Assembly (NCBI GenBank): GCA_965662235.1
Contig: CBFIGY010000014.1
Location: 10,780-74,779 of the forward strand
Source of the DNA: an uncultured bacterium
GTDB lineage: Bacteria > SAR324 > NAC60-12
Length of the DNA: 64,000 nt
Reading direction: 5' to 3'
A program made the position numbers and the translations under genes. The notes under the pieces were generated by a model that searched no databases, had not been told where the DNA came from, and saw only the letters and a list, made by a program, of their open reading frames with translations. Each line of letters starts with the position of its first letter. The first letter of the stretch is position 1. Positions 46,259 to 55,467 of the stretch are shown one piece after another.

Positions 46259-49015
46259 ATGCAGAAATCAATCCTTGTTCTTGAAGAAAGTCCGGCAATC
46301 CAGGGAATGATTGCCTCTACCTTGCCTGACGGACTATTGAGGGTCCACCAGGAGTTGGATCCGAACAAGTTTGTTCAGCAAGCCCGTCAGGTGCACCCGG
46401 ACCTGATCCTCCTGAGCAACAGCGATCGCCTCCGCAACTACCGCACCTGCCGGACGCTCCGGCACGATGACTCCCTGCAGCGCGTGCCCCTGGTGCTCCT
46501 GCTCAACGGACGGGACTCGATTGACGAGGCCACCCTCCGGGAACTCGGCATCTCCGGACACCTGCGCAAGCCCTTTGAAGTCGGACTGCTCCACGAGCAA
46601 ATCCGACAGCACCTCTCTGAATCACTGGCCCAGGCCCTCATTTCAGCGGTGCCTCCTTCGCAGACGGCCCTGCTGGATTCCACCCGGATCTTTGACTCGG
46701 AACTCCTTGAACTGATTCAGCACGATCCTCCAGAGATCTCTGAAACGCCGGATGTTGATTTTTCCAGCGAGATCACCGAGGATGCAAGCAAGAAATCGCA
46801 GCCCGAACGCTCCTTGTTGCGGGCAGCAGCCGTTACTCTCGAAAGTTTTTTTGGCCAAGAACCTGCTCCCGACAGGCGGCCTCCCAGCCTTGACTCACCA
46901 GCACTGAAGGACGTCATGAATGCCAAGACACACACCAGCGGCTCTTCTGGGTTTGTAGAAGATGATGATGTGTTGCTCGCCCTTGATGAGAACGCGTTTG
47001 ACCTCGAGTTGGAGTTGGACGACGACCTCATCCTCGAATCCGAATCTGAGACGCCCCCTGCTGCTGAGTTACCTGACGACTTGCCGGACCCCTTTGATGA
47101 GCCCCTAGATGAGCCGCTAGGCGAGTCCTTTGAAGCGGAACCCTTTGAAGCGCCTCCGGTTGAAGCCGAGCCCAGCCCCCTCCTTAATTCGGAGATGGAG
47201 GACCGGATTGCTCAGGAGCACATGGACTTCGACGATGAGTTTGCGGACGAGTTTGAGCTGGAACCCATGGACTCCCTAGAGCCGCTTGAGGCACCTGAAC
47301 CGGCTCCGGAGCCCGCTTCGGCTCCTCTGAACGGACACTCCAGCGCCATGCATTCCTCCGGAGGTCTGGTGGACATTGACCTCGAATCCGAGCCGATGGA
47401 AGCCACCCCAGACCCCTGGAGCGGGGGCACGGTTCCGAATCAGGAACGCCGTCAGGTGACCGACATCCGCCTAGATGAAGACGACGCCCTGAGCATTGAA
47501 GACGGCTTTGAACTGAGGGAGTCCGCCCCCAGTGAGTTGGCTCACGGAGACAGCATCCTCCTCACCGACACAGAAGACGGCATCTCTTCCGGACTCGACG
47601 ATCTTCCTGAAGACGAGTTTGCTCTCAGCGAATCGGGACTCGACGATCTTCCTGAAGACGAGTTTGCCCTCGAAGAACCGGGATTCGATGACCTCCCGGA
47701 AGACGAATTTGCTCTCAGCGAATCGGGGCTCGACGACCTCCCGGAAGACGAGTTTGCTCTCAGCGAATCTGGGTTTGACGACCTCCCGGAAGACGAGTTC
47801 GCCCTCGAAGAATCTGGGCTTGACGACCTTCCTGAAGACGAATTCGCTCTCAGCGAATCCCTTGATGATTTCCCTGAGGAAGAGCCTGCCGAGCCCCGCT
47901 ACGACACCTCCGGAGGTGACTGGGAAACGGAAGAGCTCTCTGCCCTTGATGATCCCGGAGCTTTAGAAAGCGCCCCACCAGTGGTCGCTTCAGCAGGCAC
48001 TTCGGTCACCGCAGGGGCTCCTCAGCCAACGGCAGTGGAAGACGCCCGGGACTACGAGCTGGTGGCCATCGCCCTTTCCACCGTTGAAGACAACGTCTTT
48101 GACAACACCCTCCTTGCAGCAGGGGGCGTGGAACTGCCTTCCGATGGCAACCACCCTTCGCCTGAAGAGCTGATGGAGATCTCTTCGATGGAGGAGATTG
48201 AAGCCGGCCTGCATGAGTCCATTGGCGACTACGAGCAGGAGATGCTGGAAGAGATGGAGCCCGCCCACCTACGCGGGATGGAAGAGGAGGAGTTTCCGCT
48301 GGATGAATCGGATCTGCAGGAGCTGGAAAACCTCGACCGTGGCATGAGCGCGTTGGCAGAAGACATTGAGCCTGAAGAGGAAGAGGACTTCGATGACCTC
48401 TCTGAATCCTGGGATCAGGCCCGAGACGGAATCCGCGAGTTCATGATCAAGTCCCTAGACGGCTACCTCGATGAGGAGGAGTTTGAGAAGCTGGATCAGC
48501 GTCCGGATTCCTGGGACGAGCCTGCTGATGAAGAACTGCTTGAAGAAGGGGAGGAGTTGCTCGAAGAAGAAGCGCTCCGGATGGAGGCTGAGCCTCTGGA
48601 AACCTTTGACAGCTGGGAAGAAGCCGAGCAGGCCTTCTTGGAGCACGACCGCTACGGCGACGACGATGGTCTGGAGACGCCTCCGGACTTTGCCTCTGTG
48701 CCTGTGGAGACCTTTGACAGCTGGGAAGAAGCCGAGCAGGCCTTCTTGGAGCACGACCGCTACGGCGACAGCTCTGCCCCGGAGCCCGTGGAAGTGGCTC
48801 CGCCGGAAGAGATGGCTCCGCCGGAAGAGGAAGTAAAGTTGGAGCCTGCAGCCGAGGAGCCAAACCCCTCGTTCTCAGACGCCATCACCATGTCCCGTGG
48901 ACAGATTGAGAAGCTTGTGGAAGACATGATCGCCCGCTCTGTGGAGAAGGCGATTGCCAAGGTCATTCCCGAGTTTGTGGATCAGGTGGTCAAGAACATC
49001 AACCACCGCGACTGA
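46259..49015 (+). CDS. Pseudo-receiver domain protein with a very long acidic repeat linker and a RomR-like C-terminal helix
   Basis: REC fold (ILVLEES, PDLILLS, LRKPFE), a long D/E-rich linker and C-terminal IEKLVEDMIARSVEKAIAKVIPEFVDQVV. Confidence 0.75.
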   Translation: MQKSILVLEESPAIQGMIASTLPDGLLRVHQELDPNKFVQQARQVHPDLILLSNSDRLRNYRTCRTLRHDDSLQRVPLVLLLNGRDSIDEATLRELGISGHLRKPFEVGLLHEQIRQHLSESLAQALISAVPPSQTALLDSTRIFDSELLELIQHDPPEISETPDVDFSSEITEDASKKSQPERSLLRAAAVTLESFFGQEPAPDRRPPSLDSPALKDVMNAKTHTSGSSGFVEDDDVLLALDENAFDLELELDDDLILESESETPPAAELPDDLPDPFDEPLDEPLGESFEAEPFEAPPVEAEPSPLLNSEMEDRIAQEHMDFDDEFADEFELEPMDSLEPLEAPEPAPEPASAPLNGHSSAMHSSGGLVDIDLESEPMEATPDPWSGGTVPNQERRQVTDIRLDEDDALSIEDGFELRESAPSELAHGDSILLTDTEDGISSGLDDLPEDEFALSESGLDDLPEDEFALEEPGFDDLPEDEFALSESGLDDLPEDEFALSESGFDDLPEDEFALEESGLDDLPEDEFALSESLDDFPEEEPAEPRYDTSGGDWETEELSALDDPGALESAPPVVASAGTSVTAGAPQPTAVEDARDYELVAIALSTVEDNVFDNTLLAAGGVELPSDGNHPSPEELMEISSMEEIEAGLHESIGDYEQEMLEEMEPAHLRGMEEEEFPLDESDLQELENLDRGMSALAEDIEPEEEEDFDDLSESWDQARDGIREFMIKSLDGYLDEEEFEKLDQRPDSWDEPADEELLEEGEELLEEEALRMEAEPLETFDSWEEAEQAFLEHDRYGDDDGLETPPDFASVPVETFDSWEEAEQAFLEHDRYGDSSAPEPVEVAPPEEMAPPEEEVKLEPAAEEPNPSFSDAITMSRGQIEKLVEDMIARSVEKAIAKVIPEFVDQVVKNINHRD
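47588..47857 (+). repeat. Coding tandem repeat, 6 x 45 bp, encoding (S/P)G(L/F)DDLPEDEFAL(S/E)E, with a degenerate 7th copy following
   Basis: Units start at 47588, 47633, 47678, 47723, 47768 and 47813, in frame with the ORF at 46259. Confidence 0.95.
48602..48769 (+). repeat. Exact 60-bp direct repeat (48602-48661 and 48710-48769) encoding TFDSWEEAEQAFLEHDRYGD
   Basis: Two identical copies with a 108-bp period. Confidence 0.93.
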
Positions 49016-49022
49016 TTCCTCC

Positions 49023-49045
49023 GGCAACCGGTACCTCCGGTTGCC
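49023..49045 (+). terminator. Stem-loop just after the stop of the RomR-like gene
   Basis: Perfect 9-bp stem GGCAACCGG-TACCT-CCGGTTGCC, without a strong U-tract. Confidence 0.45.
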
Positions 49046-49123
49046 ACCCCTTCCCGCCTGGGGGTTGCAGGCCTCTGGCGCTTCGCGTCAGACCTCCTTT
49101 CCAACCCATTTTTCCGTTATCCG

Positions 49124-50665
49124 ATGATTGCCAAAGCGCATTCGGCAACGGTGCTGGGCATTGAGGCGCACCCCATTGAAGTTGAGGCGGACCTCTCCAT
49201 TGGCCTCAGCCAGTTCACCATCGTTGGCCTCCCCGACGGAACCATCCGGGAAAGCCGTGACCGCATCCTGGCGGCCATTGGCAACTCTGGCTGCACCCTT
49301 CCCGTCCGCAAGGTCGTTGTCAACCTAGCCCCAGCGGATCTCCGCAAAATCGGTTCCGGCTTCGACCTCCCCATTGCGGTGGCGCTGTTGGCCGCCGCAG
49401 GACTGGTGCCTGCCGAAGCCCTCCAGCAGTCCCTGATCGTTGGCGAGCTTGCGCTGGATGGCCAAACCCGTCCCATCCGGGGGATTCTTCCCATCGCGCT
49501 GGCCGCTCAAAAAGCAGGGCTCCAGAACCTCATTCTCCCGCAAGCAAATGAAGCAGAAGCCGCGGTGGTTTCTGGACTGCGACGGGTGCCGGTGCGGTCC
49601 CTGAGCGACGTGCTGGCCTTCTTTCGGGGAGAAGCTGATTTTCCGGAGTCGCCCATTGATCCGCTTGCGCTCTTCCAGAGTCAGGCCACGTTGGCGGAGG
49701 ATCTGCAGGATGTGAAGGGTCAGGAGTCGGTGAAGCGGGCCATGGAGGTTGCCGCCGCAGGTGGGCACAACCTGTTGATGATGGGACCTCCGGGATCAGG
49801 GAAGACCATGCTGGCCCGAAGGCTCGGTAGCATTCTGCCACCGCTGGAGTTTGAGGAGGCGCTGGAGTGCACCAAGATCCACAGCATCGCAGGGCTGCTC
49901 CCGGCAGATGTTCCGCTGCTTGCCGAGCGCCCCTTCCGGAGCCCGCACCACACCATTTCACAGGCCGGCCTCGTGGGCGGAGGCAGCATTCCCGGCCCCG
50001 GGGAAATTTCCCTTGCCCATAACGGCGTCCTCTTCCTCGATGAGCTTCCGGAATTTCCACGGACCGTGCTGGAGCTGCTGCGGCAGCCACTGGAAGACCG
50101 ACGCCTGACGATTGCCCGCGCAGCAATGACCCTTGAGTTCCCCTGTAGCTTCATGCTGGTGGCGTCCATGAATCCGTGCCCGTGCGGCTACTTCGGAACC
50201 CCTCCTGGGTCGGGACCCCATGACTGCCAGTGCCCACTGCCTCAGGTCCAGAAGTACCGCGCCCGCATCTCCGGACCTCTGCTGGACCGCATTGACCTGC
50301 AGCTGACGGTTCCGGCGGTTGAGTACGCCCACCTTGCTGAAACCCGAAAAGGAGAGAGCAGCGCCGACATCCGGGCACGCGTTGTTGCCGCACGGCAACG
50401 GCAACAGGTGCGCTTCCGGGATTCTTCGACCCGGTCCAATGCCACCATGACGCGGAGGGAGCTGGAAGAATGGGTGCCGCTGGAGGCCAAAGCCCAGGGG
50501 CTTTTGGAAAACGCGATCACCCGGATGGGCTTCAGCGCCCGGGCTTACGACCGCATCCTGAAGGTGTCCCGGACCATCGCCGACCTTGAGGGCAGTCCCC
50601 ACGTGACACCAACGCACGTCGCCGAGGCCATTCAGTACCGAAGCCTCGACCGTCCGGTAACATGA
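49124..50665 (+). CDS. comM: YifB/ComM Mg-chelatase-like AAA+ ATPase
   Basis: IVGLPD, NLAPADLRK, GELALDG, GPPGSGKTM, PFRSPHH, LAHNGVLFLDELPEF, MNPCPCG and SGPLLDRID. Confidence 0.95.
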   Translation: MIAKAHSATVLGIEAHPIEVEADLSIGLSQFTIVGLPDGTIRESRDRILAAIGNSGCTLPVRKVVVNLAPADLRKIGSGFDLPIAVALLAAAGLVPAEALQQSLIVGELALDGQTRPIRGILPIALAAQKAGLQNLILPQANEAEAAVVSGLRRVPVRSLSDVLAFFRGEADFPESPIDPLALFQSQATLAEDLQDVKGQESVKRAMEVAAAGGHNLLMMGPPGSGKTMLARRLGSILPPLEFEEALECTKIHSIAGLLPADVPLLAERPFRSPHHTISQAGLVGGGSIPGPGEISLAHNGVLFLDELPEFPRTVLELLRQPLEDRRLTIARAAMTLEFPCSFMLVASMNPCPCGYFGTPPGSGPHDCQCPLPQVQKYRARISGPLLDRIDLQLTVPAVEYAHLAETRKGESSADIRARVVAARQRQQVRFRDSSTRSNATMTRRELEEWVPLEAKAQGLLENAITRMGFSARAYDRILKVSRTIADLEGSPHVTPTHVAEAIQYRSLDRPVT

Positions 50666-50672
50666 GGGCCCG

Positions 50673-51290
50673 TCAGCTGGCGGCTGTAGCGGCACTGGCG
50701 CCCAGCAGGAGGCTTCCTCCGGCACGGTTCAGCCAGACCCGCGTTTGCGGGCGCCGAATGAAGCCGCTGAGACGAGACGCCAGCACCGCGTAGGCAAACA
50801 CGTTCAGTGCAGCCAGCACCAAAAAGGTGGCGCCCAGCTCAACAACCTGCGGCACAAACGGTTGGTCCGGAACCAGAAACTGCGGCACAAAGGCGAGGAA
50901 GAAGACGATGCCCTTGGGGTTGAGAGCGGTTGTGATCCAGGAACGCCAGAGCATCTCCTTGCCCGACTTCCGGAGGGTTTGCGCATCTGCCTCCTCAGTC
51001 GCTTCAACCGGCTCTCGCCACATCCGGAAGCCTAGGTAGGCCAGGTAGGCCGCACCCACCCACTTGAGGATCTGAAAGAGCACGGCTGCGGTCTGCAGCA
51101 ACAGCCCCAACCCCAGGAATGAAACCGTCATCGCGGTCAAATCGCCCAACGTCACCCCAACAATCAGCGGAATCGTCGCCGCCCGTCCCCGGACCAGGGA
51201 GTAGCTGATGACCAGCAGAATCGTTGGGCCTGGAATGGCCAAGAGAATGGAGGTGGCGGCGAGGTAGGTGATCCAGGCTTCAAGGGACAT
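50673..51290 (-). CDS. LysE/RhtB family translocator
   Basis: IPGP, LKWVGAAYLAYLG and LNPKGIVFF motifs. Confidence 0.93.
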   Translation of the reverse strand: MSLEAWITYLAATSILLAIPGPTILLVISYSLVRGRAATIPLIVGVTLGDLTAMTVSFLGLGLLLQTAAVLFQILKWVGAAYLAYLGFRMWREPVEATEEADAQTLRKSGKEMLWRSWITTALNPKGIVFFLAFVPQFLVPDQPFVPQVVELGATFLVLAALNVFAYAVLASRLSGFIRRPQTRVWLNRAGGSLLLGASAATAAS

Positions 51291-51295
51291 GGAGG

Positions 51296-52195
51296 TTACA
51301 CGGTCAAGGGTTCGGTTTCGGCGGGTTGTCGACGATCACGGCCCAAAAGCTCCTCGAAGTAGCACATCTCCCGCAGACGCGAGTAGATCCGCTCTCCCAC
51401 CCGGGTCCGGAGGGTGTCTGCCATGAACTGAGCTGCAGGCTCGGTCCGGTCACGTTTGAGGATGCGCTCGTGTAGCGTGCTTTCCTCATGCTCGGTGTAG
51501 TTGGTGGTGATCATGATCATCCGGTCTCGGTTGTAACGTTCCGAGATGAGGGTATCGAGGATGCTCAGCTCCCAGTCGCTGTTGCGGCCCTTGCCGAGGT
51601 CATCAATGACCAGCACGTCTGCCTGCAGGTGCGGCCCAATGATTTCCAGATCCGACTGGTTGTTGTTGTACCCCTGCCGGAGTTCATGCAGAAGCTCCGA
51701 AAAGCCCTGAAACACGCATGAGACCCCCAGCTCCACGGTGCAGCGGTAGGTGAAGCCGGCCATCAGGTGCGTCTTTCCGGTGCCCGGTGGTCCCATCAGC
51801 ACCAGCCCCTTGAGGTCCTGCTCCACCTGCTGTGACTCCGTTTGCCGGAGGTGGTGGGGCAGGTTCCGCAGCGTCACCTCCAGCAAGCCGAAGGCGGAAG
51901 AGTTCTCAGCATCCTGATCCTGGGGATCCAGTCGGCTGTGCAGGTACCGTTTGGGGATGCGGGCCTCGTTGTAGAGCTCCAGGTGCCGCTTCAGGCGACT
52001 GCAGTCCGGACACGCCATCGCCGTTTCTCGGTCCTGATCGTCGTAGGTCAGGACAAACCCGGATCCTTCACAGGTGGGACACGGCTTGGGGGTGCAGTCG
52101 CACAGTCGGGCCCGAGCGTAGCGCTGTCCGGAAACGGTGTGCACAAAGACATGCGTGTCGTGACAGCGGAGGCAATTCGGAGTGGACGGCGGCAT
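51296..52195 (-). CDS. DnaC/IstB-like AAA+ ATPase with an N-terminal Cys-rich zinc-binding region
   Basis: CLRC, CDC, CPTCEGSG and CPDC; IPKRY; Walker A GPPGTGKTHL; Walker B LVIDDLG; ITTN; RIYSRLREMC. Confidence 0.85.
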   Translation of the reverse strand: MPPSTPNCLRCHDTHVFVHTVSGQRYARARLCDCTPKPCPTCEGSGFVLTYDDQDRETAMACPDCSRLKRHLELYNEARIPKRYLHSRLDPQDQDAENSSAFGLLEVTLRNLPHHLRQTESQQVEQDLKGLVLMGPPGTGKTHLMAGFTYRCTVELGVSCVFQGFSELLHELRQGYNNNQSDLEIIGPHLQADVLVIDDLGKGRNSDWELSILDTLISERYNRDRMIMITTNYTEHEESTLHERILKRDRTEPAAQFMADTLRTRVGERIYSRLREMCYFEELLGRDRRQPAETEPLTV

Positions 52196-52325
52196 AACTC
52201 TTCAGAAAAGGGTTTTGAAGTCGATCGTATGGGTTTAGGATAATCGCTGTGAACAGTCAAATCCTCCTCTTGTCCGGAACGGGTCACCGGCCCGCCTCGG
52301 CTTCCTTGCAACCAAAGAAGACCTC

Positions 52326-53369
52326 ATGCCCTTTCAGCCTCCTGCTCTGCAAAATGACCTGATCCTCCGTGTCCTTCAGCGTCAACCGGTGCCTCGTGTG
52401 CCCGTCTGGATGATGCGTCAGGCAGGACGAACGGATCCGGAGTACCGCCGCTTGCGGGCAGAGGATGGGCGAGCGCTGGAGGAGCTGTTTGCGGACGTGG
52501 AGCGCTCCATTGAGATCTCGCTGCTGCCTCAGCGTTTTGGGGTGGACGCAATCATCATGTTCCAGGACATCCTCACCCCACTGACGCCGGTGGGGGCGCC
52601 GTTTTTCTTCCGACCCGGCCCCCAGCTGGAAGCCCCCATTCGCACCCTAGAGCAGGTGCAGGCGCTCCGTCCCCTCCGCTCGGCACGGGACCTCACTCAT
52701 GTCGGTGCGCTGCTACAGGGCCTCCACGACCGCCTCGGTGGGGCGTTGCCGGTCCTTGGGTTTGCCGGAGCCCCCGTGACCCTGGCATTCTTCCTCATTG
52801 CCGGTGGAAGCCCCAACCGGGATCCTGATGCCGTGCTCCGTTTTTTCTCGGAGGAACCTCAGGTGACTCAAGCCCTGCTCGACTTCCTCACCGACCTGAC
52901 GATCGACTACCTGGGTTACCAGCTGGAGAATGGCGCTCAGGCGGTGCAGCTGTTCGAGTCCTTTGCCGACGTTCTGCCCCGGGAGCTTTATGAGACCCTT
53001 GCCTTGCCGACGCATCAGCGCATCTTTGCAGCCTTGAAGGACCAAGGCCCCACTCTGCTGTTTGCCAAGGAATGTCCGCACCTCGACCTGATGCTGGAAA
53101 GCGGTGCTCAGGCCCTCAGCGTGGGGCGCTGCGTGGATCTAGCCGCCGCCAAGCAGCAGGCACCCGAGATGGTATTTCAGGGAAACGTGGACAACACCAT
53201 CCTCGCCGATGGAACCCCGGAGCAGGTCCGGGCCGCTGTGCAGGCTTGCCTGCAGGCGGGTGGCGGTGCCCACCACATCCTCAACCTCAGCCACGGCCTT
53301 CTGGAGCGCTCTCCGTTTGAGAACGTCCTTGCCTTTGTGGAAGCCGGAAAGGCCGGACTGAGTCGCTGA
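52326..53369 (+). CDS. hemE: Uroporphyrinogen decarboxylase
   Basis: PVWMMRQAGR, DAIIMFQDIL, GFAGAP, QLFES, QGNVD and HILNLSHG. Confidence 0.94.
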   Translation: MPFQPPALQNDLILRVLQRQPVPRVPVWMMRQAGRTDPEYRRLRAEDGRALEELFADVERSIEISLLPQRFGVDAIIMFQDILTPLTPVGAPFFFRPGPQLEAPIRTLEQVQALRPLRSARDLTHVGALLQGLHDRLGGALPVLGFAGAPVTLAFFLIAGGSPNRDPDAVLRFFSEEPQVTQALLDFLTDLTIDYLGYQLENGAQAVQLFESFADVLPRELYETLALPTHQRIFAALKDQGPTLLFAKECPHLDLMLESGAQALSVGRCVDLAAAKQQAPEMVFQGNVDNTILADGTPEQVRAAVQACLQAGGGAHHILNLSHGLLERSPFENVLAFVEAGKAGLSR

Positions 53370-53372
53370 CCC

Positions 53373-54071
53373 CTACTCCGGGTCCGTGATGGTGAACTCC
53401 AGGGGCGCAAGCCCGTCAATGGAGCCGTAAATCACATCGCCCGGCTGCACCGGTCCCACGCCCGCAGGAGTTCCTGTGTAGATCAGGTCACCCGGCTGGA
53501 GGTGGTAGAAGCCCGAAAGGTGGCTGATGATCTCCGGAACCGACCAGACCAGATCGCTCAAACGCGCGTCTTGCTTGACCTCCGTTCCCACCTTGAGGCT
53601 GATGCGCTGATCAGCAATCGCCCCAAAGTCCTCGGCGCGGGTGATTTCTGTCAGCACAGCCGAGTGCTCCACGTCCTTGCCCAGGTCCCACGGACGCTGC
53701 TTGGCCCGTTCCTTCAGCTGCAGGTCCCGGCGCGTCATGTCCAATCCGCAGGCATAACCATACACGGCATCAGCGGCTTCTTCGACCCCGACCCGGAACA
53801 CCGGCTTGCCCAGTGCCACCACCAGTTCCATTTCATAGTGGAAGTTTTCGGTTCCTGGCGGATACGGCATGGAGCCTCCGGAAGGCGCCACTGCGGTTGC
53901 TGACTTGGTGAAGTAGAAGGGCGCCTCGCGGTCGACCTCCGTTCCCATTTCAGCAGCGTGGGCGGCATAGTTGCGGCCCACACAGAAGACGCGATAGACC
54001 GGGTAGCGGTGGGTTTCTCCCTGGACGGCAACAGAAGGGGGTTCAGGAAGGGTAAACAGGAGCTGACTCAT
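53373..54071 (-). CDS. Fumarylacetoacetate hydrolase family protein
   Basis: CVGRNYAAHA-x-EM, HYEMELVV, DMTRRDLQ and GDLIYTGTPAGVG. Confidence 0.94.
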   Translation of the reverse strand: MSQLLFTLPEPPSVAVQGETHRYPVYRVFCVGRNYAAHAAEMGTEVDREAPFYFTKSATAVAPSGGSMPYPPGTENFHYEMELVVALGKPVFRVGVEEAADAVYGYACGLDMTRRDLQLKERAKQRPWDLGKDVEHSAVLTEITRAEDFGAIADQRISLKVGTEVKQDARLSDLVWSVPEIISHLSGFYHLQPGDLIYTGTPAGVGPVQPGDVIYGSIDGLAPLEFTITDPE

Positions 54072-54474
54072 CAAGGCCTCTTGGTGAAGTCCACTGGCCC
54101 TCACAGGACGTCGGGAAGGCGATGTGCGGGAACTTCGAAACCCGGTACAGGGGAAGCACCGCCGCAGCCGGATGCCACAACCAGTGGATGAAAAAAAGAA
54201 AAGGGTCCCGGCAGATCAGGACGATGGCTGGAGTAGCATCGCAGCATCCTGACGCGTCGGCAATATGTTTCCGGAAGTCCGCTTCCAGAAGTTGGCTTCC
54301 AGCCCCCCGAAACGGCACTGTTGCCTCGGGCTCCTGTAGGGGTTTTTCAGCCCTGTTTTCCCGCCTCTGCACAGGGATTTCCGCACGGCACTTTCCCGCA
54401 TAAAGCTTGTGATTCGGTTCATTTTTGGAATCCTTTTGCAAGGACTCTATTCTCCAAATTTCCAGGATCGTTCC

Positions 54475-55458
54475 ATGCAGACACAATCTGAGTTGAACGC
54501 GTTTCAAAAGTTGGCCATCGCCACCGTACTGGCCACCCTGTTTTTGGTGTTTGTCGGAGGACTGGTCCGGGCATCTGGCGCTGGGCTGGGTTGTCCGGAC
54601 TGGCCCCACTGCTGGGGAAGCTGGTGGCCGCCTTCTGATGTTTCTCAAATCGACGCCACCCGTTACGACCTGTCCCTGTTCAATCCGGTGAAGATGTGGA
54701 CGGAGTACGTCAACCGCCTGATCGGAGTGACGATCGGGTTGCTCATCACCGCGACCTTTGTGGCATCTTTTGCCTACCGGAAGACGCGGCCCACGATCTT
54801 CTGGGGCGCCTTTGGGTCGCTGCTGCTGGTTCTCTTCGAGGGCTGGCTGGGCGCGCTGGTGGTCCGTTCGGAACTGCACCAGGGCATGATCACGGCGCAC
54901 ATGCTCGGAGCGGTGCTGCTGGTGAGCCTGCTGCTGTACATCACCTTCCTGGCCAATGAGGAGCACTGGCGGATTTCGCTAGATGAGGGGCTCAAGGGCA
55001 AGCTCCGGCGCATCGGGTGGGTGCTCTATGGCGCCACCCTCTTGCAGATTGGCCTTGGCTCTCAGGTCCGAGAGGCTCTGGGGGAGATCCACCGTTCCTT
55101 CCCGGAGTTGGCTCGGGCCGACTGGGTAGCCGAGCTGGGTTGGATCGATCACATCCACCGCAGCTTCTCCTGGGTCATTATTGCCGCCAGCCTGATGCTG
55201 GTGTGGCAGCTCCGTAAGCATCAGGCGCCCCAGACCCTGCAACGGGTTGCCTTCTTCATTTTGGGGGTGATCCTCCTGCAGGTACTCATGGGCGTGGGGC
55301 TGGTCTATGGCGGCGTTCCGTGGGGGCTGCAACTGCTGCACACCGGATTCAGCACCGTTCTCATCTGTGCGGAAAGCTGGGCGCTGCTCATGCTCCGTTC
55401 TCCGCAGCCCGAGCGGGTTCAGACGCGCTCCTTTGCTTCTGTCAACCAAACCACCTGA
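54475..55458 (+). CDS. ctaA: Heme A synthase CtaA/COX15 (type 1)
   Basis: GGLVR-x2-GAGLGCPDWPHC, EYVNR, HM, HR and LLH motifs in an 8-TM layout. Confidence 0.9.
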   Translation: MQTQSELNAFQKLAIATVLATLFLVFVGGLVRASGAGLGCPDWPHCWGSWWPPSDVSQIDATRYDLSLFNPVKMWTEYVNRLIGVTIGLLITATFVASFAYRKTRPTIFWGAFGSLLLVLFEGWLGALVVRSELHQGMITAHMLGAVLLVSLLLYITFLANEEHWRISLDEGLKGKLRRIGWVLYGATLLQIGLGSQVREALGEIHRSFPELARADWVAELGWIDHIHRSFSWVIIAASLMLVWQLRKHQAPQTLQRVAFFILGVILLQVLMGVGLVYGGVPWGLQLLHTGFSTVLICAESWALLMLRSPQPERVQTRSFASVNQTT

Positions 55459-55467
55459 CTTCCAACG

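Noticed and set aside
47588..47857. Possible CRISPR array
   Set aside because: The units are contiguous, in frame, have no unique spacers and vary at synonymous sites; no cas genes are present.
51296..52195. IS21 element (istB)
   Set aside because: There is no istA transposase, terminal inverted repeat or target duplication.
54085..54125. CCACTG...GGGAAGGC resembling part of a cobalamin riboswitch
   Set aside because: The other conserved elements are missing, the 5' half would lie inside the FAH gene, and the downstream gene is unrelated to B12.
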